From Dehalococcoidia bacterium (GTDB taxonomy: Bacteria > Chloroflexota > Dehalococcoidia > Lucifugimonadales > Australimonadaceae): a stretch of DNA of 64,000 nucleotides. Numbering within the stretch: position 1 is the first letter of the stretch; each line of letters begins with the position of its first letter. Below, piece after piece: positions 54,949-64,000 of this stretch. The notes beneath the pieces were generated by a model. It was not told the origin of the DNA, did not search any database, and saw only the letters and a list, made by a program, of their open reading frames with translations. The stretch is from assembly GCA_022449765.1 (NCBI GenBank), contig JAKUPZ010000005.1, positions 2,285 to 66,284 on the forward strand, given 5' to 3'. The position numbers were made by a program, and so were the translations under genes.

Positions 54949-56307
54949 ATGCCTCTAAATTCTCTTCCCACAATCACTCAGCAATTTGAATCTTTCGACA
55001 CTGGACGAGGGACGTCCCAACCTGCTTGGGTCCGTAATTACCGTAAAGATGCATTTGCAGAATTTAGAGCAACGGGGTTCCCCACTGCTCGCAAAAATAA
55101 CGAATTATGGAAATATACAAATGTTTCTCCCATTGCTTCGACAGAATATAAATTCCCTGCTACCGAAGCGAATAAAATACTAGAAACAGAAAATTATGAC
55201 TTGCCTTGCCCTCGCGTATACCAAATTGTTTTCGTAGACGGTAAGTACGCACCTCTTCTCTCCAGTCAACCATCCAGAAACGTTACTGATGAAGCTGGCG
55301 TAATTACTGCATATGCCGAAAATCCGATTGTAGGAAGACTGGCAGACGGCATCGAGAACCAAAACCCTCTAGTTAAAAAAAGCTTAGGGCAGCCTTCGTC
55401 GATGGAAATGAAGCACTTTGTCGCACTAAACGCATCATTCCTAGACGATGGCGCATTCGTCTACATCCCAAATAATACTCATGTCGCAGAGCCCATTTAT
55501 TTACTATTCATATCCACAGGCACTGGTGAAACTGCTTCTTATCCTCGGACTCTAGTTGTAACAGGGGAGAACAGCAGTGCTACGGTTCTACAGAGCTTCG
55601 AAGGATTAGGAAATCAATCTTACTTCACTAATGCAGTTACAGAAGTAATCGCTGGCCAGAATTCTTATCTGTCACTTTATAATTTCCAAAGAGAGAATAA
55701 CCTCTCTTCACACGTATCTTCTACTTACATCGAGCAATACAGAGGAAGCCAAGTAGATTCAATAAGTATTGATATTGGCGGGCATTTAACGAGAAGAGAT
55801 ATCAAGTCAAAATTACTAGAGCCAGATAGTAAAATTAAGCTATATGGACTCTACTACGGGAGTGCAAATCAACACATTGATAATCACACATACGTTGAGC
55901 ATATGGTCCCCTACACTTCTTCAGAAGAAGTGTATAAAGGTATCCTTGCTCAGAATTCTACTGGCGTCTTTGTAGGAGATGTATACGTACATCCTAAAGC
56001 GCAAAAAATAACTGCTAATCAAATCAATAAAAATATACTACTGTCCCAGTCTTCAAAAGTTTATACACAGCCAAAACTTCAAATATTTGCAGATGATGTG
56101 GTCTGTACTCATGGGGCGGCTGTAGGGCAATTGGACCTTGATGCAATTTTTTATATGAAAAGCCGAGGAATAAACGAACTGTTAGCAAAGCAGCTACTAC
56201 TCAAAGGATTCACTTCTGATATTTTGCAGGCCGTAATTCACGATGCATTACGGCAGTACCTTGAGCAAGCAACACTAAATGCACTTGGGGAGGAAATTTA
56301 TGTATGA
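54949..56307 (+). CDS. sufD: Fe-S cluster assembly protein SufD
   Basis: 452 aa in the SufBD family, with C-terminal ..LEIFADDVVCTHGAAVGQLD... Located between sufC and sufS. Confidence 0.85.
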   Translation: MPLNSLPTITQQFESFDTGRGTSQPAWVRNYRKDAFAEFRATGFPTARKNNELWKYTNVSPIASTEYKFPATEANKILETENYDLPCPRVYQIVFVDGKYAPLLSSQPSRNVTDEAGVITAYAENPIVGRLADGIENQNPLVKKSLGQPSSMEMKHFVALNASFLDDGAFVYIPNNTHVAEPIYLLFISTGTGETASYPRTLVVTGENSSATVLQSFEGLGNQSYFTNAVTEVIAGQNSYLSLYNFQRENNLSSHVSSTYIEQYRGSQVDSISIDIGGHLTRRDIKSKLLEPDSKIKLYGLYYGSANQHIDNHTYVEHMVPYTSSEEVYKGILAQNSTGVFVGDVYVHPKAQKITANQINKNILLSQSSKVYTQPKLQIFADDVVCTHGAAVGQLDLDAIFYMKSRGINELLAKQLLLKGFTSDILQAVIHDALRQYLEQATLNALGEEIYV

Positions 56308-57538
56308 CATCAATTCTGTTCGTAAAGACTTCCCTATACTTCATCAAAAAATAAACGGCCATGATCTTGTTTACCTTGATAACGCGGCAACATCACAAAA
56401 ACCTAAATCCGTAATCGATGAACTTGTAAATTATTATTCGAGCTATAATGCGAATGTGCACAGAGGTGCTCATACTTTAGCAGTTAAGGCAACGGTTGCT
56501 TACGAAGAAGCTCGGGAAAAAATCGCAGCTTTCATAAACGCCCCTTCTCCCGAAAATATCATATTTGTCAGGAACACTACTGAAGCCATTAACTTAATTG
56601 CACATACTTGGGCAATGGATAATATCCGAGAAGGTGATCGTATTGTTTCCACTGAAATTGAGCATCATTCCAATCTTGTTCCCTGGCAACACGTTGCAAA
56701 TACTCAAAACGCTACATTAGAACTCATCAAGATAGACTCAAATTACGAGCTGGATTTAAGCGAACTTGACCAAATAATTAATTCAAAAACCCGGCTTGTA
56801 GCTCTTACTCATATGTCTAACGTGCTAGGAACAATTGTCCCGGTCAAAACAGTCGTGGAGGCAGCTAAAAAAGTTGATGCCAAAGTATTAATTGATGGTG
56901 CACAGAGCGTTCCTCACATGCGTGTTGATGTTCAGGATATAGGATGTGACTTCTTTACGTTTTCTGGACATAAAATGTTAGGGCCGACTGGCATTGGGGT
57001 TCTGTATGTTTCCACAACTATCTTAAAAGAACTCAATCCATTTCTTAGAGGCGGGGAGATGGTACTTGAAGTGACTTACGATCGCGCTAGCTGGGCGCCT
57101 CCCCCGATGAAATTTGAAGCAGGCACACCCAATATTGCTGATGCTATAGGCTTAGGAGTAGCAGTAGATTACCTAAATGAAATAGGTATAGACATGGTCC
57201 GACAGCACGAAGTATCGATCACTAACTATGCTTTAGAACGCTTTCATGAATTGGAAGAAATCACGACCTATGGTCCAAATGATACTAATATCAGAGGAGG
57301 TGTGATTTCATTCTATATTGACGATGTACATCCGCATGATATAAGCCAAGTTCTTGATAGTTTAGGGATTGCGATTCGAGCCGGCCATCACTGCGCCATG
57401 CCTCTGGTAAAAAGCAAGCTGCATGTACCTGCAACTGCAAGGGCAAGCTTCTACCTTTACAATACTGAAAGAGAAGTTGATCTATTAATTGATGGGCTCA
57501 AAAAAACGATGGAGTATTTCAGTAATGCAAATTCCTGA
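56300..57538 (+). CDS. sufS: Cysteine desulfurase SufS (group II)
   Basis: ..DNAATSQKP.., PLP-Lys ..FSGHKMLGPTG.., active-site ..RAGHHCAMP... ATG 56300 (GGGGAGGA upstream) overlaps the sufD stop. Confidence 0.9.
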   Translation: MYDINSVRKDFPILHQKINGHDLVYLDNAATSQKPKSVIDELVNYYSSYNANVHRGAHTLAVKATVAYEEAREKIAAFINAPSPENIIFVRNTTEAINLIAHTWAMDNIREGDRIVSTEIEHHSNLVPWQHVANTQNATLELIKIDSNYELDLSELDQIINSKTRLVALTHMSNVLGTIVPVKTVVEAAKKVDAKVLIDGAQSVPHMRVDVQDIGCDFFTFSGHKMLGPTGIGVLYVSTTILKELNPFLRGGEMVLEVTYDRASWAPPPMKFEAGTPNIADAIGLGVAVDYLNEIGIDMVRQHEVSITNYALERFHELEEITTYGPNDTNIRGGVISFYIDDVHPHDISQVLDSLGIAIRAGHHCAMPLVKSKLHVPATARASFYLYNTEREVDLLIDGLKKTMEYFSNANS

Positions 57539-57992
57539 GGGCTTGGATGACTTGTATCAAGAAGTAATTCTTGATCATTACAAAAAACCTCGACATAAAG
57601 GATCTCTTGTTGCTCCTGATCTGAAATCAGAAGGTTTTAATCCTTTTTGCGGTGATCAAGTCATACTGTCTATAAAGCTATCAGATACTGGAAGTGTCAG
57701 TGAGATTGCTTTTGACGGTGAAGGTTGTTCAATAAGCCAAGCATCCGCTTCAATGCTTGTTAGTAACATCTATGGCAAACACTTGAGTCATGCAGAGACA
57801 TTGATTACAGATTTTAAAAATATTATGCAAGGTGCAGATTTAACCACAGACCAAGAAGAAAATATGGGAGAGTTACTAGCTCTTCAGGGAGTAAGAGAAT
57901 TCCCAATTCGAATAAAATGCGCCCTCTTAGGATGGACAACTTTACAAGATGCAATTTCTGAGTACAAAGCTCAAAGAAATTTCATTATTTAG
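57525..57992 (+). CDS. sufU: SufU/IscU-like Fe-S scaffold / sulfur acceptor
   Basis: ..YQEVILDHYKKPRHKG.., ..NPFCGD.., ..GEGCSIS.. and ..PIRIKCA.. are the conserved Cys ligands. Start moved to ATG 57525. Confidence 0.85.
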   Translation: MQIPEGLDDLYQEVILDHYKKPRHKGSLVAPDLKSEGFNPFCGDQVILSIKLSDTGSVSEIAFDGEGCSISQASASMLVSNIYGKHLSHAETLITDFKNIMQGADLTTDQEENMGELLALQGVREFPIRIKCALLGWTTLQDAISEYKAQRNFII

Positions 57993-60393
57993 AAGATGGA
58001 AGCGTAATTTCTGTAACTCCTTCACCTCCTTGCGGCCTAGAAGCAAATCGATAATCATCAACAAGCTCGCTTTGAGCTAAATATTCCCAAAGAATTCTTC
58101 TGAGAGTACCGCTTCCTTTACCGTGAATAACTCTAATCTGAACAAGTCCATCAGTGATTGCGTGACTCAGGAACCCTAAAAATGCCTCCAGTGCCTCATT
58201 AGAGTCCATACCGCGTACATCCAATTCGGTTTCTACGGAATTACCTGAGTAAAAATCTTTGCCTCTAGAGGTTACTAATTTCTGATTAGGCAGAGGTTTT
58301 TTCTCTGTCAATTTCAAATTGCTCATATGCAATTTCAGTTTTGCAGAGCCAACCAAAACCAAAGTGTTTCCGTGTTCATCAGGTTCCTCAAGTAACTCAC
58401 CCACAAAACCCAAAGGCTCAATTTGTACAAAATCCCCAGTCTTTATCTCAGGTATGACATAGGCCGCACTAGGTTGTTTTTCGAGCCATTTTTTAGACTT
58501 CAGAGCTCGTTTTGTTTGGTCTAATTCTGCAAATGCATCATCAATTAGATCATTATCAAATCTTGAGCCAGACAATTTTAACCATTCGGCAAACGACGAT
58601 GCCTTTTTCAGCTTAATCGTGACAGCTCGAACCTGTTCTATTAGTTGTTTCTTTGTTTCTAAAATCAAAGTTTCTTCTGACTTACTTATCTGCTCAATTT
58701 TGCGCCTGAGTTCATCTTCCAAATGCGCTGCCGCAATCCTTTGATTCTCTGCTTCTTCTAACTTCTTGCGCGTTGCAAAGCGTTCATTCTGAATATCTAG
58801 AAGAAGTTTCTCTGTCTCCTGATGTACGGGTGATAAAAATCTCAAAGCGTAATTGATTATCTGAAGGGGTAAACCTACCCTCTTAGCAGTTTCAATCGCA
58901 TAACTTCGACCAGGAATACCTTGCGTTAGTTTATAAGTAGGCTCTAGCGTTGCGGGATTTAATTCAACACTAGAATTCTCAATTCTCTTGTGCTCTGTAA
59001 CGTAAGAGGCAACCGAGCGATGATGTGTGGTAATTACAGAAAATGCCCCAATAACGTCAACTAAGTGCGACAGCACTGCAATTGCTAAAGCCGATCCTTC
59101 TTCTGGGTCCGTTGAACTGCCCAGTTCATCAAGCAATACGATCGAAGATGAAGTTGCAGATGAAATAATTTCTTTTATCGATAATAAATGAGAACTAAAT
59201 GTAGAAATCGACTTCTCTAAATCTTGCTGATCCCCGATATCAGCAAAAACACCATCAACTATAGGTAGGCGTGAATTTCGATCACAAGGAATCATCAGCC
59301 CAGCCTGGCGCATCAAAATTAGTAGCCCCAATGTCTTCAGTGATGCAGTTTTACCTCCCGTGTTCGGTCCAGTTATCGCGATAGACATAATTTGCCCAGA
59401 AAATCTAAACGAAACTGGTATCGCGGAGCTCCCTAGTAGTGGATGACGTGCTTCAAGTAGCTCAATGCAATCAGATGCTTCAGTCAAGCCAACACCTTGA
59501 TAAGTCATTGCGTAGCGTGATTTTGACAATGCCAAATCTAAACGCCCCGCAATATTTAACGCGGCAAGGCACTTAGATGCAGTACGAGCAATTTCCGTTG
59601 TTAAGTTCCGTAGTATGTGTTGAACTTCATCTTGTTCTGCCGCGTGCTTCTCTTTCCAATTATTCGTGGAATTAACAGCAGTAAACGGCTCCACAAATAA
59701 TGTAGCACCAGAATCAGATACCGCATGAATAATTCCAGGAATTTGACCTTTATACTCAGCTTTTATTGGGAGTACCAACCTATCTGAGCGAAGAGTGACG
59801 ATGTCATCTTGTAATGCTGTTCTAGCTTGCTCAGAATTAATCATTGATTCAAGTTTTTTCTCAGCTGCCTTGAACGCAGCTCTGCTTTCAAAACGTAACT
59901 GCGACAAACGAGGAGTTGCTTGATCAAGCAACTCTCCGTGGGAAGAAAGGCAATTCCTTAATTTTTGTTCGATAGCTTTGAAATCAGCGATGTTTCTCGT
60001 GAGGTCATACAACAAGGGAGTGTCAGTTCGAAGTTTTGATCCGAGGGATTTTGCTTGGCGTACATGCGAATATCCATCAGCCACTATTATCAGTTCCTCA
60101 CCGGAAAGAATTCCTCCTTTAAGAGAACGTAAAAGTGCCGGCCTAGGATCTCGTGAGAGCGAAAAATTTTGAGCAAACTCAAGTATCCTATTTGCTTCTA
60201 AAGTTTCTCTCTGCAAATATAGAACTTGATCTGTATCAAATCTTGGCAAAAGGCTATAAGCAAGCTCGCATGACACAGGCGATCTAGTATGGGTACTCAA
60301 CATTTCAATTACGCGAGGAAACTCAAGCGCCAATATTGATTTTTCTTGGACACTTAAATTTTCTCGGGCTGTAGGTTGGTTTGTCTGTTCCAT
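57985..60393 (-). CDS. mutS2: Endonuclease MutS2 (MutS domain V ATPase plus C-terminal Smr)
   Basis: Walker A ..ITGPNTGGKT.., ..LLDELGSSTDP.. and a C-terminal Smr domain ..ELDVRGM..IRVIHGKGSGTLR... Confidence 0.9.
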   Translation of the reverse strand: MEQTNQPTARENLSVQEKSILALEFPRVIEMLSTHTRSPVSCELAYSLLPRFDTDQVLYLQRETLEANRILEFAQNFSLSRDPRPALLRSLKGGILSGEELIIVADGYSHVRQAKSLGSKLRTDTPLLYDLTRNIADFKAIEQKLRNCLSSHGELLDQATPRLSQLRFESRAAFKAAEKKLESMINSEQARTALQDDIVTLRSDRLVLPIKAEYKGQIPGIIHAVSDSGATLFVEPFTAVNSTNNWKEKHAAEQDEVQHILRNLTTEIARTASKCLAALNIAGRLDLALSKSRYAMTYQGVGLTEASDCIELLEARHPLLGSSAIPVSFRFSGQIMSIAITGPNTGGKTASLKTLGLLILMRQAGLMIPCDRNSRLPIVDGVFADIGDQQDLEKSISTFSSHLLSIKEIISSATSSSIVLLDELGSSTDPEEGSALAIAVLSHLVDVIGAFSVITTHHRSVASYVTEHKRIENSSVELNPATLEPTYKLTQGIPGRSYAIETAKRVGLPLQIINYALRFLSPVHQETEKLLLDIQNERFATRKKLEEAENQRIAAAHLEDELRRKIEQISKSEETLILETKKQLIEQVRAVTIKLKKASSFAEWLKLSGSRFDNDLIDDAFAELDQTKRALKSKKWLEKQPSAAYVIPEIKTGDFVQIEPLGFVGELLEEPDEHGNTLVLVGSAKLKLHMSNLKLTEKKPLPNQKLVTSRGKDFYSGNSVETELDVRGMDSNEALEAFLGFLSHAITDGLVQIRVIHGKGSGTLRRILWEYLAQSELVDDYRFASRPQGGEGVTEITLPSSK

Positions 60394-60497
60394 AGGGGAA
60401 TTTTACTAGTTTAATGCAATGATGGTACACCTGAACTACGCATGCTAGAATATTGCATTGGCCAGAGCATCTGAAATTGAAAATGAACGGAGTTTTC

Positions 60498-61112
60498 ATG
60501 TTGGTCATAGGCCTTACAGGTGGTATAGGAGTTGGGAAAAGCGAAGTTGCGAATGTACTTTCAAGCTTCGGTGTACCGATAATTAATGCTGATAAAGAAG
60601 GGCATAAAACTTACGAGCACGGAACCATTGGCTGGCGAAGAATTGTAGAGCTCTTTAGCAGCGAGATACTTGGAGAGGATGGTGAGGTCGATAGAAAAAA
60701 ACTTGCAGCACTTGTATTTAACGATTCAGATGCTCGCGCTTGGCTTAATGCTGCCATTCATCCGTTAATTCGAGAACAAGTAAGTAACGTTATTGGCTTC
60801 TACGAAAAGGTAGAAAAAAAGAAAATAGTAATTCTTGATGCAGCGCTTTTGTACCAAGCAAACTGGCATGATTTATGTGATGAGGTATGGTTAATTACCG
60901 CAAATCCTGTAGATTTGATATACAAGAGACTTGCCAAGAGAGGGCTCACATCTGAAGAAATCAAAAAACGACTCGATTCTCAGGGCGACTATGAAGCACT
61001 CATTGACCGCGCAGATGTTCATATAGAAAATTCTTTTTCTGTTAGAAATTTACATAAGACTGTGCACTCAATCTGGGCTGACAAAATCCAAGCATTACAG
61101 AAGGAAGATTAA
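60498..61112 (+). CDS. coaE: Dephospho-CoA kinase
   Basis: MLVIGLTGGIGVGKS P-loop at the N-terminus. Start moved to ATG 60498 (GGAG 5 nt upstream). Confidence 0.9.
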   Translation: MLVIGLTGGIGVGKSEVANVLSSFGVPIINADKEGHKTYEHGTIGWRRIVELFSSEILGEDGEVDRKKLAALVFNDSDARAWLNAAIHPLIREQVSNVIGFYEKVEKKKIVILDAALLYQANWHDLCDEVWLITANPVDLIYKRLAKRGLTSEEIKKRLDSQGDYEALIDRADVHIENSFSVRNLHKTVHSIWADKIQALQKED

Positions 61113-61115
61113 TCC

Positions 61116-61985
61116 ATGGCAGAAAAAACTAAAGATTTGTACCAGCAACACAACATAGAAGAATATTTCGTCGAAGATGAACCTTATTATTTGCCTGTCG
61201 GTGATGAAATAGAAATCTTTGAAGCAGCTTATGCTCAGCGCGTTCCCATCCTTTTAAAGGGACCAACCGGCTCCGGTAAAACAAGGTTCGTAGAGCATAT
61301 GTCCTGGCGCCTCAATGATACTCGCAAAAAAAATGATAAAGGCGTTCCAATCTCTCCACTAGTAACAGTTGCGTGCCATGAAGATCTCACTGCAAGCGAT
61401 TTAGTCGGTAGGTATTTATTAGAACCTGAAGGAACAAGATGGATTGATGGTCCTTTAACTAGAGCCGTAAAGCATGGGGGTATTTGCTATTTAGATGAGG
61501 TAGTAGAAGCTAGAAAAGATACAACAGTATTAATCCATCCACTTGCTGACCATCGAAGGCTTCTCCATATCGAAAAAATTGGTGAGGTACTTGAATCACA
61601 TCCTAATTTCCTTTTAGTTATCTCCTATAACCCCGGATACCAAAGTGCGCTAAAGGATCTAAAACATTCCACTCGTCAAAGATTTGTAGCAATAGAATTC
61701 GATTTTCCTCCTAGAGAGCTTGAAGGCCCCATTATTGAACATGAAAGTTCAATTGAATCATCTATTGCTAGTCAATTAGCGCTACTAGGCGAAAAAATCA
61801 GGAACCTTGTTGGTCAAGGATTGCAAGAAGGAGTAAGTACTCGACTATTAATTTATGCAGGGAAATTGATACAACAAGGCATTTCTCCCAGACGGGCGTG
61901 TGAAGTTGCCGTGGTATGGGGTTTAACCGATGACCATGAAACTCAGGCGAGCGTAATGGAAGTAGTTACCTCAATATTTCCATAA
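61116..61985 (+). CDS. CbbQ/NirQ/NorQ/GpvN-family MoxR-type AAA+ ATPase
   Basis: ..[30 protein letters not shown].., ..[18 protein letters not shown].., Walker B ..[15 protein letters not shown].. and ..[15 protein letters not shown].. are near-consensus CbbQ/NorQ. Confidence 0.85.
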   Translation: MAEKTKDLYQQHNIEEYFVEDEPYYLPVGDEIEIFEAAYAQRVPILLKGPTGSGKTRFVEHMSWRLNDTRKKNDKGVPISPLVTVACHEDLTASDLVGRYLLEPEGTRWIDGPLTRAVKHGGICYLDEVVEARKDTTVLIHPLADHRRLLHIEKIGEVLESHPNFLLVISYNPGYQSALKDLKHSTRQRFVAIEFDFPPRELEGPIIEHESSIESSIASQLALLGEKIRNLVGQGLQEGVSTRLLIYAGKLIQQGISPRRACEVAVVWGLTDDHETQASVMEVVTSIFP

Positions 61986-61997
61986 AAGATAAATTTC

Positions 61998-62615
61998 ATG
62001 TCCATAAGTACTGAATCAGAAATTTTTATTGCATCATTGAAACATGCTCTTGCCAACAGGGAGTCCATTTTTGATGCAATCGATGGAGCAAAGCTAGCTT
62101 CAATTTTGATTCCGCTGCAATTCCATGACAACAAATGGCATGTAATTCTCAACGTACGATCGCAGAATGTAAGCCTCCATCAAGGTGAAATTGCTTTCCC
62201 TGGAGGAAAATTAGAAGACGATGATGAAAATATGTTTTCATGTGCACTAAGGGAAACTTGGGAAGAAATGGGAATCTCACCAAATACAGTTGATGTCTTA
62301 GGGAATTTAGATGGAGTTTTGACAAGAACGAACTATCTCGTGTTCCCTGTAGTAGGAGTTATTCCTCACCCTTATGAGTTTGATACTAAATCAAAGGAAG
62401 TAGAGGAAATCATAGAAATCCCCTTACATTCTTTAATGGATGACGAGGTTCTTCGTTATGAAGCGCGCCTTAATCCAGACGGAAGCTTGCTCAAGCGAGT
62501 GGCTTTCGCGCATGAAAAGTATTTGGTGTTTGGTGCAACAGCTTGGATTCTCAGTCAATTTGTAGAAATTGTTAAATCTATGAACTATATTCGACCATTA
62601 CAGGAGATTAAGTGA
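61998..62615 (+). CDS. Nudix hydrolase, CoA pyrophosphatase type
   Basis: CoA-type upstream motif ..NVRSQNVSLHQGEIAFPGG.. followed by a Nudix box ..E-x7-RETWEEMGI... Confidence 0.8.
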   Translation: MSISTESEIFIASLKHALANRESIFDAIDGAKLASILIPLQFHDNKWHVILNVRSQNVSLHQGEIAFPGGKLEDDDENMFSCALRETWEEMGISPNTVDVLGNLDGVLTRTNYLVFPVVGVIPHPYEFDTKSKEVEEIIEIPLHSLMDDEVLRYEARLNPDGSLLKRVAFAHEKYLVFGATAWILSQFVEIVKSMNYIRPLQEIK

Positions 62616-64000
62616 CGAACGACCACGGTCAATTAATTAGTGAGCTTAAAAAGCACCCTTCTGCATTAATATCTGCATATGAAGGTGCAGTAGATTCAGT
62701 TTCCAAAACTCTAGGACCAGCACCGACCATGCGTTGGGCCCAAGACGGTGTCCGTATTGCCCAGCAGGGTCCTCGTGCGTGGGAAGCAGCTACAGAATAT
62801 TTCAGAGCATCTTCCGACGTTGTAAAGTTAATCGGCTTTCCTCAATTTGAACGGTGGGTTGAGAGCGGGATTGAACTAACCGTCGAAGCTCCAGTTATAG
62901 CGGCTGCATTTTTCAGAGCCAGTCCAAACGTACTTCCAGTATTAGCTCCCAGGCATATCTCTGGTTGGGCTTCGTTAGGGCGAGGTCTTTCGAGAGGTAC
63001 ATGGAAATCTTCAAGTCTGGCTGCCAGGTTTTTTGATATAAGTGATGAGTTAGTCCAAAACGTCAATTTCCATGAAATGCAGCTTTTCGTCGCACTGGTA
63101 CAAAAGCTTGCCTCACGTTCCTATGACCTTGCTGCTGAAGCTTTAGTGCTTGGGCAAAGAGTGTTGCCCAACGTCACAGAAAAAGAAGAAGTTATTTCAT
63201 TAGCAACAGTACTTGCCGAGACTAGTTGGCGCGAGGTCAGGGGCTCATTTGAAGCAGCTAGTCGAGTTACCCTGTCGATTGAAAAGCGTCTGCGGCCGAG
63301 GTATTTTGCATTGGCAGAAAGATTAGCGCAGAACGGGCTAGTTAACGTCGCCGGATTCATGGTAGATAGTTCCCAATCATTAGCTAAATTACCGCAAGAC
63401 GAGCAATCTCAAGTACTAGAGCGAGCTGAAGTGCTAGCCGATTCATCCGCAGAAGCTGTAAGTGCATTTCTAAGAACCGCACCTCATGTGCTAGACCGAA
63501 TTAGCCTCGCGCAGTTGGAAATATGGTTCAATCGAGGCCTTGAATATTTAATCGACAATCCTGATGCTGGAGTAGCTTATTTCAAATTAGAGTCGGCGCG
63601 CGCTGAAAATCTTATAGACCAGCTATCTTCAAGCATCGAATTCGAGAAGGTGCAAAGTTTACTTCGCATGTATTCAAATGCTTTAGCGGGCACTGAAGTT
63701 GAACTGAATACCACTGCAGATATTACTCATCGAAATATCGGCTGGCTTTCTGTGGAACTTGCCACTACAGATGGAAAAAGCGTTTTTCTACCACCAGTAG
63801 TGGATTCTTACGAATCGAAAAAGGAAAATTTTGCTTGGCTTAAAGTGGTAACGACCCATCAAATTGGGCATTTGGAATTTGATAGTTTCAAGTTTAATTT
63901 TGAAGTTCCGTCATCCAATTTCAATGATTACCGTCAAGGATTGGCAGAAGGTATTGGGGTTGTACCAAGTTCAACTGACATGTCTTCATTTTTTGATTTA
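62612..64000 (+). CDS. Large helical protein, probable CbbO/NorD-like (VWA-containing) partner of the CbbQ-type ATPase; 3' end outside window
   Basis: Not in the ORF track because there is no stop before base 64000. GTG 62612 (CAGGAG 5 nt upstream) overlaps the Nudix stop (GTGA), with an in-frame TAA immediately upstream. 463 codons are open. The call rests on position after a CbbQ-type gene plus size; the expected C-terminal VWA domain is not in view. Confidence 0.5.
   Translation, partial: MTNDHGQLISELKKHPSALISAYEGAVDSVSKTLGPAPTMRWAQDGVRIAQQGPRAWEAATEYFRASSDVVKLIGFPQFERWVESGIELTVEAPVIAAAFFRASPNVLPVLAPRHISGWASLGRGLSRGTWKSSSLAARFFDISDELVQNVNFHEMQLFVALVQKLASRSYDLAAEALVLGQRVLPNVTEKEEVISLATVLAETSWREVRGSFEAASRVTLSIEKRLRPRYFALAERLAQNGLVNVAGFMVDSSQSLAKLPQDEQSQVLERAEVLADSSAEAVSAFLRTAPHVLDRISLAQLEIWFNRGLEYLIDNPDAGVAYFKLESARAENLIDQLSSSIEFEKVQSLLRMYSNALAGTEVELNTTADITHRNIGWLSVELATTDGKSVFLPPVVDSYESKKENFAWLKVVTTHQIGHLEFDSFKFNFEVPSSNFNDYRQGLAEGIGVVPSSTDMSSFFDL

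Noticed and set aside
61116-64000. Calling the AAA+/adaptor pair a Rubisco activase (CbbQO) or NorQD
   Set aside because: No cbbL/cbbM, carboxysome, norB/norC or related client genes are in the window. Only the family-level call is justified.
1-64000. CRISPR arrays, transposase/IS elements, toxin-antitoxin pairs, restriction-modification or other known defence modules
   Set aside because: No regularly spaced repeats, no cas-like, transposase, RT, methyltransferase or nuclease/helicase defence-type ORFs, and no long unexplained non-coding stretches were seen on either strand.

Overview
Compact, AT-rich (about 40% GC by eye) bacterial chromosomal segment, about 90% coding. All family calls come from motifs read off the ORF translations; no searches were run. 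The gene content suggests an aerobic marine heterotroph rich in catabolic paralogues, possibly Chloroflexota/SAR202-like, but that is inference only. Core blocks: rpiB-tal-gnd-glmS; lgt; pstSCAB-phoU; RNase P RNA (rnpB, minus strand, not in the ORF track); lipB plus a 2-oxoacid dehydrogenase E1a/E1b/E2 operon with an embedded AICARFT-only purH-like gene; thiI; fhs; typA; one tRNA(CAU); a fumarase/aspartase-family lyase; a polyprenyl synthase; sufBCDSU; mutS2; coaE. Catabolic or accessory-looking content: two diverged Rieske oxygenase paralogues, a split ComDE-type ThDP decarboxylase, an LLM oxidoreductase, amidohydrolases, an aldolase/enoyl-CoA hydratase/CaiB/orphan Mo-hydroxylase/fhs/Rieske string, and a LigB-type dioxygenase/OCD/dienelactone hydrolase string. 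I found no CRISPR array, transposase, prophage, toxin-antitoxin or recognisable defence module. The best candidates for undescribed biology are: (1) a large serine recombinase homologue with all alignable catalytic residues substituted, coupled to a COG1579 zinc-ribbon protein directly upstream of rnpB; (2) a coaE / CbbQ-NorQ AAA+ / CoA-type Nudix / CbbO-NorD-like cluster with no Rubisco or NO reductase in view; (3) a tandem ribbon-helix-helix-like protein plus Cys-less DsrE-like pair behind an unusually long leader with GC-rich TTCCGG palindromes; (4) the multi-enzyme catabolic string ending in fhs and a Rieske oxygenase. Several ORF-track starts were moved where a Shine-Dalgarno sequence or paralogue alignment supports an internal start.
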